From: Octopus sinensis
Lineage: Eukaryota
Direction: 5' to 3'
DNA: 64,000 nt
NCBI RefSeq assembly: GCF_006345805.1
Contig: NC_043012.1
Location: 35,154,001-35,218,000 of the forward strand
Position numbers and translations under genes: made by a program
Shown: in pieces, positions 28,777 to 42,685 of the stretch
How the letters are laid out: every line of letters begins with the position of its first letter
Position numbering within the stretch: position 1 is the first letter of the stretch
Notes under the pieces: generated by a model
What the model saw: the letters and a program-made list of their open reading frames with translations, nothing else
Database searches by the model: none
Told to the model about the DNA's origin: nothing

Positions 28777-29365
28777 GGCAGGAGGAGCTGGCAGAAAAGC
28801 TAGCACGCCGGGCGAAATGCGCAGCCGTATTTCGTCCGCAGTTACGTTCTGAGTTCAAATTCCGCCGAGGTCCACTTTGCCTTTCATCCTTTCGGGGTCG
28901 ATTAAAAAAAGTACCGGTTACGCACTGGGGTCCATATAATCGACATAATCCGTTTGTCTGTCTTTGTTTGTCCTCTCTGTGTTTAGCCCCTTGTGGGTAG
29001 TAAAGAAATAGAAACAGGTATTTCGTCTGCCGTTACGTTCTGAGTTCAAATTCCACCGAGGTGGACTTTGTCTTTCGGGGTCGATAAATTAAGTACCAGT
29101 TACGCCCTGGGATCGATATAATCGACTTAATCCTTTTGTCTGTCCTTGTTTGTCCTCTCTGTGTTTAGCCCCTTGTGGGTAGTAAAGAAATAAGTATTTC
29201 GCCTGTCTTTACCTTTCTGAGTTTAAAATCTGCTGAGGTCGAATTTGCCTTTCATCCTTTCGGGGTCAATAAATTAAGTACCTGTTGCGTACTGAGGTCG
29301 ATCTAATCGCCTAGTTTCCTTCCCCCCAAATTCCGGGCCTTGTGCCTAGAATAGTAAAGAATTAT
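28777..29365 (+). mobile_element. SINE family B (three internal modules)
   Basis: Head plus three ~180-bp modules plus tail. Confidence 0.85.
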
Positions 29366-30087
29366 ATTTTATACAATTCCTAATAATATTGAGATATAAA
29401 ATGAAGTTTCAGGTATCGAATGGGCATGAAGCCCCCCCCACAAACACACACCCTCTCCCCCCACCTACCGAGTAAAATAGAAATCAAAGAGACCCGTAGG
29501 TAAAACATGGTTGAAAACCCCTGGTTTAGTCGATAAAATAAAAATGACCCCTTTATTAATACTTTGCCCAGTCTTCCTATCAGAAGGATAAGATACAAGG
29601 TTTACCTCAACAGGATTCGAACACAGAACTAGACAGCCATAATAATGCTTTCTACAATAAGCATAGGGCGTGAACTTTTGGGAGAAGGGGGTAAATTGAT
29701 TATATGGACCCCAGTGTGTAACTGATAGTTATTTCATCGACACCGAAAAAGCAAAATGCAAAGTCGACCTCGGCGGAATTTGAACTCAGGACGTAACGAC
29801 GGTCGAAATGTCGATAAGCATTTTCCTTGACATTTAGGCCAAGTGTCTTCCGCTATACCCTCGGACCAACCAGAGCCTTGGGAGTGGATTTAATGGACGG
29901 AGCCTGAAAGAAGCCCGTTGTGTGTATTTGTGTAAGAGAGAGAGTATGTGTGTGTGATATGTGTGTGCATGTGTGTGATTGAGTGAGTGTGTGTGCGTGA
30001 TGTTTGTGTGTGGGGGGGTTGTTTGGGTGGGTGTGTCTGTGTTTGCCCCCACCACTGCTTGACAACCGGTGCCGGTGAGTTTACGTC

Positions 30088-30495
30088 TCATATCAAGATA
30101 AACAGCGCATAACTTGCAGGTGGGGTCCAGTTAGAATTTTCTTCAGGTCAAGTAGCTCATCCCATTCAAAAGGTCCCTGAATAAGGTTTGGTTAAGAATG
30201 ATGAACGAACCACCCATGTTTCCAAAGGTCAATTATCCAAACCTCTAATAATTCCTCTCGACACATGGCTATGATGCTCCCCCACTACTTCTGCTTGTGA
30301 TCAGAGATGCACATATCGTCAGCCACCAAGAGACATGCTTAACTGGATAAGGTCAAACAACTGACAAGCAAATCTGTGGTATTGAGCAGAATATTTGCTT
30401 TTAGTACCAAGACAAAACAAGGTACATGATAACACTTCCAATCAGTTAAGATCAGAAGCCACGAGTGCCACTGCTGGTACCGCATCGGGGCATTT
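30088..30495 (-). mobile_element. TAA-associated non-autonomous element, partial
   Basis: Reverse complement of roughly 11084-11500. Confidence 0.8.
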
Positions 30496-30775
30496 GTTAT
30501 GTTTACTCCCTATTAAGGATTACACGTTGTTGAAATTTTTCCTATGTTAAGCTTGTTTACACACAAAACCCTCACAACACACATTCAGACATACACACAC
30601 ACACACACATACACTGACACACACACTCAGACACATTCAGACACACACACACTGACACACAAACTCAGACACACAAACTCAGACACACACACACACACAC
30701 ACACACACACATTGTTTTGTCCTGTACTGTCCGTAATGGTTTTCTTAATGTGATCTCTTTGTGGTTAATAAAGAA

Positions 30776-30815
<40 letters not shown>

Positions 30816-30858
30816 TATTATTATTATATTATTATTATTATTATCATCATTATCATCA

Positions 30859-30945
<87 letters not shown>

Positions 30946-30947
<2 letters not shown>

Positions 30948-33900
30948 TATTCAGTAGTCTTATTTTTATCACTTACTTTCAGTTCACTACCGAGCACAGC
31001 TTTGTGTGCCATGGTTATGTGTTGTGGTTTGTTGTGATGCTCTTATTTTCACCGTATTGAAAGTGTTTTACGTAGGATGTGTGCGGTGCCTAGTAGGGCT
31101 ATTTTTCGTATGTTATATATAATTGTAAGCCCTGATGTTTTTGTTATGTATTTGTTCGAAAGGGTTTTTTTTTATCATACCTAATGCGCCAACCATAATA
31201 AAAATTGTTTCTGTTTTTAGGCTCCACATTCGAGTTACCTCCCTTTCCAGGAAGGTCTTTGTATTTTTAAAGTTTCTCCATTTCTTTTAGAGAAACATTG
31301 TCATCTGTTGGTATTGATACATCGATTAGAAAGCAGTTTTTTCTTGCTGATCTCTGACAACTATATCCAGCCTATTGGCCTTAATTTCTCTATCTGTGTG
31401 TATTGGCATATCCCAGAGTGTGGTTGCTTTCTCGTTTTCTGTGACCTTTTCTGGCGTGTGCCTATTCCATCTTTTTTCTGTTGCTATTCCATAGTGTTGG
31501 CATAGCTTCCAGTGTATGTAGGTCCCAACTCTGTCGTGTCTGTGAATATATTACTTCTTAGCCAGGACTGGCAGCCAGAGATGATATGATTTATTATTTC
31601 TTGTCCATCTCCACAAATTCTGCAGTTACTTGTTGTTTCTTTTGATTATATGGTTTTGCTAATTTCTGGTGGGGAGGCTTTGGTCTTGTGCTGCAATTCA
31701 AAATCCTTCAGTCTCTGCTTTCAGTCCTGAGCTTCTCGACCATTGCTAGGATTTTACTTTGTCTATTTCTTTTCTGTTTAGTTTAATCCAGTATTTGCCA
31801 TGAAGGGACTTTTCTTGCCATCGTTTCATCGTGATCCTTTGCTGTTCTAGTTTTAGTTTGGACTTCAGTTGTTTTACAGTTTTTGTTGTTTCTTCTTTTT
31901 CTTCATAGTTGTTAGGTACTATGACTTCTTTTTGTATTTGTCAGTTTCTTTAAAGACTGAAACAGTTTTTTTTTGTTTTGTTCGTGTTTTGTGGCTATTT
32001 GTATCAGTTTTCCTTGCTTCTGAAGTAGGTATATTTGCAGTCCTATGGTGGTTATTTTGTAATAGTTTTATAGCTGTATAAGGCCTCTACAACCTTCCAT
32101 ATGTTCTATATATAACCTTTCTATGTCAGATTTTGGGTGGTGCATCCTAAATCCTGTCATTATTTTTCTTGTTTTCCTGTCTATTTTGATTAGTTCATTT
32201 AGAGTCCAGTTAAGAATATCGTAGATGTAACGTATAACAGGGATGGCTAAAGTGTTAATACCTATTATCTTGTTTTTCGCATTGAGCTCTGTTTTCAGTA
32301 TTGATCTAACTCGTCTATAGTATTCCTGTCTTATCTTCTCTTTCATTTGTGTGTGTTGTATCGTATCTCCTAGTTCATTGATTCCTAACTATTTGCATGT
32401 CTAGCTTTGGTCTAATTCTCTTATTTCATTTGCTTTATCTAGTGTGATGCTGCTACTCTTAATTAGTTTTCCTCTTTTCAAGGTTGCTTTGGTACTTTTT
32501 TCTAAACAAATTTCTAAACAAATAAACAAATTCCTTGTTTATTTCTTTGGTAAGTCCATGTACTGTCTGTAGTAATGTTTCCAGCTGTTTATCATTTATA
32601 GCGTACAGTTTTAGATCATCCATAAATGAGAGATGGCTGATTGTTTTGCCGTAGCAGTTGTATCCACATCCAGTTCTGTTTAGCATGTCAGATAAAGGTG
32701 TCAGTGCCAATAAAAAAAGGATGGGTATGGCTTTAGCTTTTATGAATCCCTCTTTTGTCTGGAGCTGTAGCACTATCCGCCCATTATTCATGGAATGTTT
32801 TATATATTTTATAATCATTGGTTCTACCTTGTTCATGGCCAGTGTTTCTAGGAACCATGTGTGGAAAATACTATCAACAGCCTTTCGATAATCGATCCAG
32901 GCCATACTTAGACCCTTTCTTCTTTCTGCGACTGTCTTCAGTCATGGCTTTATTGATCAGTAGCTGATCTTTACAGCCATATGAGCGCTTGCAGCAACCC
33001 TTTTCTCCTGGAAACAGGTCGTTTTCTTCCAGATGTTTGCTCATTCTCTGCGATATTATTGCAGTAAAGGCTTTGTAAATTGTAGGGAGACAAGTTATTG
33101 GTCTGTAAATTCGTGGGTTTGCTGTTTCAGTGTATTTAGGGATTAGAACAGTTTTTCCTTCCATGAGCCATTCAGACATTGTCTCTAGCTCTGCTAGTAT
33201 TTCATTAAATTTCTCAGCCAGCTTTTTATGAGTTCCTCTTAGGTATTTTTACCAGAAGTTGGGAATCTTGTCATGCCCGGGTACTTTCTAGTTGCTTAGT
33301 TTTTGCAGTGCCTGGGTGACCTTTTCAGTTGTTATATGGGCCCAGAGTTGTTCAGGTGCTGAGTTCGTTGTTTTGATAGACTTTTTCTGAGGTTGTTCCG
33401 TCGCAGAGCACATTTCTTTCCAAAATTCTTCCACTTCTTCTGCTGTTGGTGCTGCATTGATGTCTATTTTATTTTTGCCAAGTTCTTGGTAGAATCTTTT
33501 GATGTTGGAGTTGAACTGTTTGTTTTGTTCAAAGAAACGTTAGCATTTCTCATACCGGCGGATTCTCTGTGCTTTGGCGAGAATATCCTGTTCTAGCTAT
33601 TCCTTTACCTCAGCTATACTTTGTTCTCTAATTTATGTATTTATGTAGTATTTATTTTCTCTTCTTTTTGTTTAGTAGTGTTGATTGTCTACTAGTTTCA
33701 TTAAGGATTCACAGATCCTTTCTCTTATTTTCTATTTTTTTCTGGATATCATTAATCCACAGAGTTTTTTTGAGTGGTGATGTTCCTATTTGGATCGGTT
33801 TTGTGGGGTATCCAGCTTCCTTTGTTTCCATAGAGGCTGCTCTATATATTATATCATTTTGCCTAGTCATATTGACATTTGTTTCTGTGGTTATTAGTTC

Positions 33901-33970
33901 TGTGACGGTCAGGTTCATGATATTTATTATTGATGTTGTTTCATTATCAATTTTATTATTATTTATCAAT
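30946..33970 (-). mobile_element. R4/Dong-clade non-LTR retrotransposon, 5'-truncated and frameshifted
   Basis: RT motifs YRPITCLPTIYK, WIDYRKAVDS, HLSFMDDLKLY; EYYRRVRSILKTELNAKNKI; RLY..EGCRGL; CRICGDGQE..HIISGC knuckle; RLE end GALG..KIALLGTAHILRK*. Ends in a (TAA)n tail at ~30775-30945. Confidence 0.92.
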
Positions 33971-34176
33971 CTCCTTCTTCTTCTTCTTCTTCTTCTTCTT
34001 CTTCTTCTTCTTTCTTCTTCTTCTTCTTCTTCTTCTTCTTCTTCTTCTTCTCTTCTTCTTCTTCTTCAAATTTATTAGGTGGTATGATTCTTGTTGTATT
34101 GTCATCTTCTTAAATACTGAGAACAGTTCTTCTTCTCTTCTTTTCTTCTTCTTCTTTTCTTCTTCGTTTCTTCTTC

Positions 34177-34244
<68 letters not shown>

Positions 34245-34620
34245 GAGTGAGAGAGAAGTGTATGCCATCAAAGTGACACTGGAGTAAAATATACGAAGCC
34301 CAGTATACCCATCATGACTACCCGTCTGATAAGGGTACACCAGGCACATGCATCACATACATATGTGCGTAACATGGTGAGCTCATATTAAGATAAACAG
34401 CGCATGAACTTGCAGGTGGAGCCCAGTTTGAATTTTCTTCAGGTTGAGTAGCCCATCCCTTAAAAAGATCCCTGAAAGAGGGTTGTTTAAGGATGTTGAA
34501 TGAAACAACCAGGTTTCCGAAGGAGAATTATTCAAACTCCAACAAATTCCTCTCAGCACATGGCTATGATGCTCCCCAACTACTTCTGCTCGTGATCAGA
34601 GTTTCAGATATCGTCAGCTA
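34245..34620 (-). mobile_element. TAA-associated non-autonomous element, 3' part
   Basis: Reverse complement of roughly 11255-11630, with a (TAA)n tail. Confidence 0.8.
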
Positions 34621-34682
34621 CAAAGGTTTTGCTATCATTCCCAGTGCACCTATGACAACAGGTATTATTATTATTATTATTA

Positions 34683-34728
<46 letters not shown>

Positions 34729-35124
34729 TATAGTTTTTCTTATAACTCCATATTAGTCCCTTGTGTTTGTTCCCAAATCCATTAACGTTACAAGATTTTC
34801 GTGATCTCATCTTCTGGATGATGTGGAGATAATGATGCAATGTTGTTGCGTTTTGAATTAGCAGCAAGGGAAAATGGGAATAACATTAATACTAATAAAA
34901 TCACATCTTCCCCAGATGAAAAATTGTCTCTCAGTGGATTCCTGCTAACTTCATTAATTTATTTTCACCTGTGCTGTGTACCTGTGTGTTGATTTTTAAT
35001 CCGTATGTTGTTATTAATAAAGCTTTTGTAGTTAATCTTCTGCTTGTGTACGTCTTTGCGTGCGTGTGTATGTGTGCGTGTGTGGCTGTGCGCGCGCATG
35101 CATATATATGTGTGCAGAATTTTA

Positions 35125-35239
35125 AGTCTCTTTTGCCGAACTGCTAAGTTACGGGGACATAAATACACCAATATCGGTTGTTAAACGATGGTGGGGGTGT
35201 GGACAAACACAGACACACACACACACACACACACACATG

Positions 35240-35297
<58 letters not shown>

Positions 35298-35455
35298 GTT
35301 TCTTTCAGTTTCTGCCTACCAAATCCACTGACAAGACTTTTGTCGGCCCGAGACCATAGTAGAAGGAGCCTAGGAGCCTAGGAACCACGCAGTGGGACTG
35401 AACCCGAAATCATGTGGTTGGGAAGCAAGCTTCTTATCACACCGCCACGCCTGCG
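35125..35455 (-). mobile_element. SINE family A copy
   Basis: Reverse-complement match to family A. Confidence 0.8.
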
Positions 35456-35624
35456 TCTAAACGATTTATCAATCCTGTAACTAGAGTGCATCTAATTTGG
35501 CCATTTTTCTCTTTGTTTAGTAGGCGTTGTTTATGTTGTGCCTTCGTGACTAAATTCGTCCTTGTTTCATATTTGAGTCTGCTAACGTCTTTGATTTTGA
35601 GTATCCGCTATTAAATGACGATGG

Positions 35625-35845
35625 AGGTGTCGAGCTGACGGAATCGTAAGCACGCCGGACAAAATGTGTAGCGGCATTTCATCCGTCTTTACGTTCTGGA
35701 TTGAAATTCCGTCGAGATCGACCTTGCCTTCCATCCATTCAGGATCGATAAAATAAGAACCAGTTGAACACTGGGGCCGATGCAATCAACTATCCTCAAC
35801 CCGCTTCTAAAATTCCAGGCCTTGTTCCTGTAGTGGAAAGAATTA
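35625..35845 (+). mobile_element. SINE family B, diverged
   Basis: Head, core and tail recognisable. Confidence 0.7.
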
Positions 35846-36100
35846 TTAAACAACGAACAAGGATCCCCTTATGTGAACTTCTTTAAGGGGTCAAAATTTA
35901 AAGGGTTTGGCGGTTCGGCAAAAGGACACGAATGAGGATCAGGGGCCTTAAGAAACTACAATTACACATGAGTGATTACACACACACACACACACACACA
36001 CGAGGCAATTGTCATTTTTTCTCCGTTCTTAAAGCAGATCTTTGTTCTGGCAATGAATGGCTTTGTGGCTGCATTTGTAGACGTGTACGTATTAAATGTA

Positions 36101-36640
36101 CGTGGCCTGATCAATAAGTATTCGGACTGTTGCCATAGTAACGAAGCTAAAGCATGCAGAGTAATGCCGCTTGGCATTGATTGATCTTGAACTCTATTGT
36201 GCATGCGCACTAAGTTTCAACGTTCTAGCTCACTTCCGTTGTTTACAGCAGTGCTTGGAAGGAAGGTGTGTGGCGTGTGATCATCACATTGACCACGACA
36301 GAGAAAGTTAAACAGAGAATCTGCATCAAATTTTGCCAAAAGCTTGGCAAAACCTGCTCAGAGGCCTTTGCAAAGTCTTCAAAATGTTTTCATCGTTCTC
36401 AACACTATCAAGGAAATCTTGTGCAACTGAAACCCGGGTGTCTCTTTGGTCAGCTGAAAGCAGTTTTGGCACAGACTTGGCAGACACGTACCTCACAGCC
36501 AAATCTTCTATAATAATGGACTGAACTGAACTGTAACTAATCTGCAGAGTTCAAGGTCAATTTTTGCCAAGCGGCTTCGCTCTGTGTGCTTTAGGTTCAT
36601 TACTATGGCAACAGTCCGGATACTTATTGATCAGACCTCG
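36101..36640. mobile_element. Tc1/mariner non-autonomous derivative with TA TSD
   Basis: ta|cgtggcctgatcaataagtattcggactgttgcc ... ggcaacagtccggatacttattgatcagacctcg|ta inverted ends. Transposase N-terminus KQRICIKFCQKLGKTCSEA on + and an internal piece IIEDLAVRYVSAKSVPKLLSADQ on -. Confidence 0.9.
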
Positions 36641-37457
36641 TATGTCAGAGTGATGTGTTACGTTCGGTATACAATTGCCTCAGTCCCAGTTTTATTGGTA
36701 ACATGGGTGTGGTCTTTAATTCCGACTCCCAGCAGCCTCACTCCTAAAACTACCTCTTACTACCACCATTAACTCACTACTCCCCTCTCCCACTATCACT
36801 ACCCCTCCAGGTACCCCTATTTAATCACATTACATTACATATTTACAGTGTTCCAGGTCAGTCCAGTACCATCGTGCAGCCATCACTGTACTCAGGCAAA
36901 CGGCTTCACCGCACTTCACCTTCCCCGCCACCACTGCTGCCACCGCCGTCATCACCACCCCCAACATCAACCCACTCCCTCGCCCGCCACTACATTCAAC
37001 ACCATTGCCGCTGCTTCCACCACCAACATCACCACCACACCCATTTTACTTTCACTTCTCTCTTCATTCCCTCCTACCCAAACGCCTCCCCCTACCACCT
37101 TTACTCACTACCATTGACTACCACCCAAGGTTATACTCACACAGCCATCACTCTCTCTCTCTCCTCACCCCACCAAAACCGCGTTCTCTCCTCCGCCTCT
37201 ACCTCCACTACCGCCGCCACCATAATCATCAAATTCCTTGATACCAAATACGCTGCGTTGAGAATGTTAAAGAATATAAAGCAACCGACGGAATTAAATC
37301 TGTATTTAACCTATTTCCTGGTTTTCCTCTGAGTTTGAACCTGGGATGGAAAATATGCCGGAAGGGAAGTATTTTAAACATTCGCTATCCCTTCACCTCA
37401 CACCCAAATACCATTCTGTCAGAGCTGATAATATATATATATATATTTATATATATT

Positions 37458-37488
<31 letters not shown>

Positions 37489-37558
37489 AATGAGTGTTAT
37501 TTTTTACCTTGTTAACATCATTTTTGCTAAAATGTCTTTGACGAGTTTCGTCTTTTTC

Positions 37559-37644
37559 ACTTTCCTGAAGAGAAGATTGCATTGTTTATACCATTTATTC
37601 TTTTGAATAGTATCAGTGGAATTTTCGAAACATGTGTCGAAAGT
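37559..37644 (+). ncRNA. Type I minimal hammerhead ribozyme motif (Penelope-type)
   Basis: Stem I actttc/gaaagt; core CTGAAGA; stem II gaagatt/aattttc; GAAA; stem III catgtg; GTC cleavage triplet. Confidence 0.7.
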
Positions 37645-37684
37645 AAAAAATTTGATTTACACCTGCGTTAAACTCCATTTATTT

Positions 37685-37735
<51 letters not shown>

Positions 37736-37942
37736 AGATAGATAGATATATATAGTGTGTGTGTGTGTGTGTTGTGGGTGTGTGTGTGTGTGTGTGTGTG
37801 TATGTTATAAGAGGTAATGGTGTCATTGAGACCCAAAGGTGTCAGGTAATGCTAAGTGCTATAGACAGATCATAGTTAAATTCCAGGTTCGGTGATTTTG
37901 CGAATAAGGGATTCAATGTTGGTCATATGTCAGCGTGTGTAT

Positions 37943-38245
37943 ATATGAATTTTTTGCGTAATAAGATACAAAACCAAGGATGTGTAGATATTAAACCATT
38001 TATAGATAGATGGTCTTACAGCTGTTTCCAGGATATTTATTGATTATATCCCTTCATCGGAGACGGTGTGAGAGGTATCCAATCTAAATTAACGATTACT
38101 TAACCATCCTCTCACACCGTCTCCGATGAAGGGATATTATTATTAATTAATATCCTGGAAACAGCTGTAAGACCTTCTATCTTTAAATGTTCTAATATCT
38201 ACACAGCCTTGGATTTTTATCTCATTATGCAAAAAAATCATATAT
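37943..38245. repeat. Inverted repeat (~130-bp arms) with a hammerhead-like motif in each arm
   Basis: Arms are reverse complements. + copy 38119-38173 reads gtct-CCGATGA-agggata..tatcctg-GAAA-cagctg-TA-agac; - copy is 38013-38064. Confidence 0.8.
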
Positions 38246-38825
38246 ATATACCAGTAATATTCTTGGGTTAAATACCAGCCACTTACGAATTTGTTAAGAA
38301 CTCCTTCTGCAGTGTTTTGAAATCCTCACTTTCAACCCTCCTCCTCCTTGATACTGTTGATTCTGTTATTTTCAGTGTTAATTTTGGGTGGTCCAAATGA
38401 GGATTTTAACTCTCATTTCTAGCGGGTAGACACTTCAGTGTGTGCTTATGATTAATACACATGCACGCACATACACACAAACACACACACACACAGATGA
38501 GCATATAAGAGCAAACACACACACACACACACACACACATATGCACATATTGCAGAAGTAATAGAGTGACTCAAGGTTCCAGAGTTTCGTGCCATTCATC
38601 AAGTGATAAACGCACGAAACTCTCAGACCTTGAGTCACTCTGTTACTTCTGCTAGATATGAATAAAAATACACAGATACTCATATTTTGAGTTCTACTTT
38701 TCCTGTTTGCATCATCCTGTCTGTCTGTCTGCCTGTCTGTCTGTCTGTATGTATGTATGTATGTATGTATGTATGTATGCATGTATGTGTGTATGTATGT
38801 ATGTATGTATGTATGTATGTATGTA

Positions 38826-40143
38826 TGAAGGCACTGTGAATAAAGATAGAGTGACCCGAGAATATTACACCAGACTTAAGAAAATATGGAAGTCGGAACT
38901 CTCTTCTTACAACAAAATAATATCCCACAATGCATTTGCAGTACCAGTGCTGATCCCAACATTTGGGATACTTGATTGGTCTGTAGAGGAAATCCACTCC
39001 ATAGATATCAAAACCCGCAAAATCCTGACAACAACTGGGAACTTCCACAGAAACAGCGATGTTAACAGGCTCTACCTAAGAAGAAATGAAGATGGTAGAG
39101 GCCTGAGATCAGTGCAGACGGCCTTCGAATGCCGTATGGTATCACTCAGGCAGCATCTGCAAAATAACAGCAGCAAAAATAAATATATAAATGCAGTGCT
39201 GAATAGTGAAGTGAGCAGCAGTGTACGAGTTGGCAGTGAACTCCTCAAGAAGCACTCTCTTCCTGATGATCTCCAATACAGCCCCAAAACAGCTGAGCTC
39301 TCTTACTCCAGAGAAGACTTCTATTGGAAAGCACTCAGCATACAAAACATAAAAAGACTCTGCATGGGTATGTTACCCGGAAGCTTGAAGAAGTTAGTAG
39401 AATTGATACACAACACAGCCGCTGTTGGACACAAGACCACTACATCACACCACCCTTTGAAGGCTATGCGTTTGCAATCCAAGAACAGGAGATTGTCACA
39501 AAGTACCTGATGAACAAGAGAGACAGTGACGCTCTTGTAATCCCAAGGTGCAACCGCATTTGTAGGCTACGTCACGATTATGTGGAAGACATTACGCATG
39601 TGATTAGCAGCTGTCCTAATATGTCGCCACGGTACTTCCACACTATGCGGCACGATGTTGTCGCTAAAACAATTTACAATGCTATCCGCAAAAAAAGACT
39701 GTCCTGAAATAAACTTAGAAAATCCCTCTGTTATGGAATACATTCATAAACACCAACTCAAGAAGGAATATTGGTGGAATATTCCCATCAAAACTTCTGT
39801 CAAATGTAAACATAGCAGGCTGGATATTGTTGTTTGGGACAGGGGCAAAGGTATGTGCCATCATAGAGGTCAGCTGCTCTGCAGATATAAATAATATCTC
39901 TTTGAAAATCAAAGAAAAAGGGCATCTATGGACAATTGCTTCGAAACCTCCAGCTTCTATATCCAGTCTATGAGTTCACCATATTCATACCAATAATGAT
40001 TGGGGCACTAGGTTTTGTTAGTAAATGCTTAAAGGAGAATCTGGGATTTTCAGAAAGAGAAACTGGCCGGCTGATCTGTACATTACAAGTCCAGTCTGTG
40101 AGTGGAACAGTAAAAATATGCAAGACTTTCTCAAGTTCCAAAT
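38826..40143 (+). mobile_element. Second R4/Dong-like LINE 3' fragment (different subfamily)
   Basis: EYYTRLKKIWKSELSSYNK, RLYLRRNEDGRGL, LHGY, EGYAFAIQEQ, CRL..EDITHVISSC..RHD, RLDIVVWD, IPIMIGALG. Several frameshifts. Confidence 0.9.
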
Positions 40144-40543
40144 GTGAATTTATGCGTGTTAACTACATCCCAAAGATGGAGCCTTGTATCTTTGTTGGGA
40201 ACCGGCTCCCTCCTTAGGGGAAGATTTATAATAATTAAAAAAATAGAAGAGACATACATAATACCAGTCATTGAGGAATTAGGTTTCTCAAAAGTAGGAG
40301 GGAGAAGACCACAGCTCCAATCCATCAACGGAACTGTAAAAATCTGTAAAACCTTCCAGAGGTTTATCGTTTGAGTATATATGCGCATGTCTAGATATGC
40401 GAGTATATGCATTAGAATACATACGTAAAATAAACATACAAATTTCCATGTATACATATATATATATATATATACATACGTACACACATACATGCATATA
40501 CACATATATACATATATACAAGCATAAATATATACATACATCA

Positions 40544-40589
<46 letters not shown>

Positions 40590-41042
40590 TGTGTGTGTGT
40601 GTGTGTGTATGTATATAGGGAGTGTTTACGAAAAAAAAAACAAAAGACGAAGACAGGTGGTGTACAAAATAAACAGATGTATTAGTATAACGCTCAGGAA
40701 TAGAAAAAGTCTTTTACGTTTCGAGCCTACGCTCTTCTACAGAAAGGGACACAGAAAAAACAAGGAGAGAAAAAAAATGTGTGTAGTGGCTAACGATGTG
40801 TACGTATATATAGAATATTTGAAAGAATGAATAAAAATAGCTTTTCTGATAACCATCTCGTTATTAAAGTGGAAAAATTATCAGGAAAGTTATTTCTATT
40901 CATTCTTCTAAATATATGATAGTGTACCAAGGATTTCCTGTATCTTATTCTACGATATATATAATATATCTTCTACTATAGCCTTGGGCCGACCAAAGCC
41001 TTGTCAGTGGATTTGGTAGACGGAAACTGAAAGAAGCTCGTC

Positions 41043-41100
<58 letters not shown>

Positions 41101-42454
41101 TGTGTGTGTGTGTGTGTGTGTGTGCAGCACCGTCCTGCATACAACACACACACACACCAGGCAGTTGCCCACTTGTTTCACGGGTTTAACGGCCCAGTTT
41201 TGATCCGTGTATACAATGGGGCTGCAGTCAATAAATAATTACTACAAGGCTCAGTTCATTGATTTAACCTGGGTCCTTAATTGCAGTTAAGACGACTATG
41301 AATATTGTGTATGTGTGTGTGGTGTGTGTGTGTGTGTGTGTGTGTTTGTGTTTTGGGTGGAGTTTGTTGTAGTGTTGCGCACAACTAAAGAGTGATCATG
41401 GTTTCAAGTGCCACGTTAATTATCGGGACTCTATTGTCAATGTGTTGTTACCCGATGCTTATTCGTTTCAAATTCTTATCTTGCTTGCTTTTCAATATTG
41501 TGTCGTTTCCTTTCACGTTGATGGGCAAATAAACATTTTTGGGAGACACTCCCAGCTTTACAATGTGTACCCACATACACGTTTCTCTACCACCACCACC
41601 ACCACAACAACAACAACAACTACTACTACTACTACTACTACTACAAATAGTAGCAGTAGGTGTCGCTGTTTTAATTCAGGCGATTTAGAGGTGTTTCATT
41701 TTGTAACTGAAGTTATTCATTTGTGTCACTCAGTGAAAAAATTCAAATTGTTGCCGCCACCAACAACAACAACAGCAACAACTACTACTACTGCTACTGC
41801 TGCTGCTGCTAATTTTACAGTATAAAATGTAACTAGTTTGTTTAGCCTAGACCGACCGCCCCCGCCCGCGATCCATAATTTTTATGATCGTTCTAATGGC
41901 ATTCCAGTTCTGACCAACTCATCTCTTTAGAAGTTTCAAACTTTCATTATATAGATCAGTGTATATTACTCCAGGAAGTGGGTGGGGCATATAAAATTTT
42001 TTGGGGTTCCACACAGGCAAAATAGAAAATTGGGGATCAACAGTAGCAATTTAAGTGTCCATGAAAGATTTTGACTTATATGTATTTACCGCAAGAAATA
42101 CCTTGGTTTCTTCCTCTAACATTTTACAAAGTTCAACCTCTCCATGTGAATGAGTAAATCAAAATGGATGTTTTGAAAGAAGTATTTATGAAATAACTTT
42201 TTGAAACATCGAATGGCTATGGAAGCCACCAAAATAAAATATTAAATGAAGTAGTCCACAGGTAAGAAATGGTTGAGAACTTCTGATACAGTGGAATCAC
42301 GTTATCCATTTTTCGTTTGTTTATTGAGTTAATTTGTGAATAGAGAAGCTAAAAATTCTACGACCCTTATCAGGGATTTCTAAGACTCATGGATCAAGAT
42401 ATTCCTTAGATCGGGGACTTGGCCCCCAAGCCTGCAGCATTTGACAATCAAAAT

Positions 42455-42685
42455 ACCTATTTCTTTATTACCCACAAGGCGCTAAACACAGAGGGGACAA
42501 ACAAGGACAGACATAGGTATTAAGTCGATTACATCGACCCCAGTGCGTAACTGGTACTTAATTTATCGACCCCGAAAGGATGAAAGGCAAAGTCGACCTC
42601 GGCGGAATTTGAACTCACAGCGTAACGCAGACGAAATACCGCTAAGCATTTCGCCCGGCGTGCTAACGTTTCTACCAGCTCGCCA
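42455..42685 (-). mobile_element. SINE family B copy
   Basis: Reverse-complement match to family B. Confidence 0.85.

Noticed and set aside
41957-42285. hAT-type MITE
   Set aside because: Right end resembles ggttgagaaccactg, but the left TIR and an 8-bp TSD are not convincingly seen.
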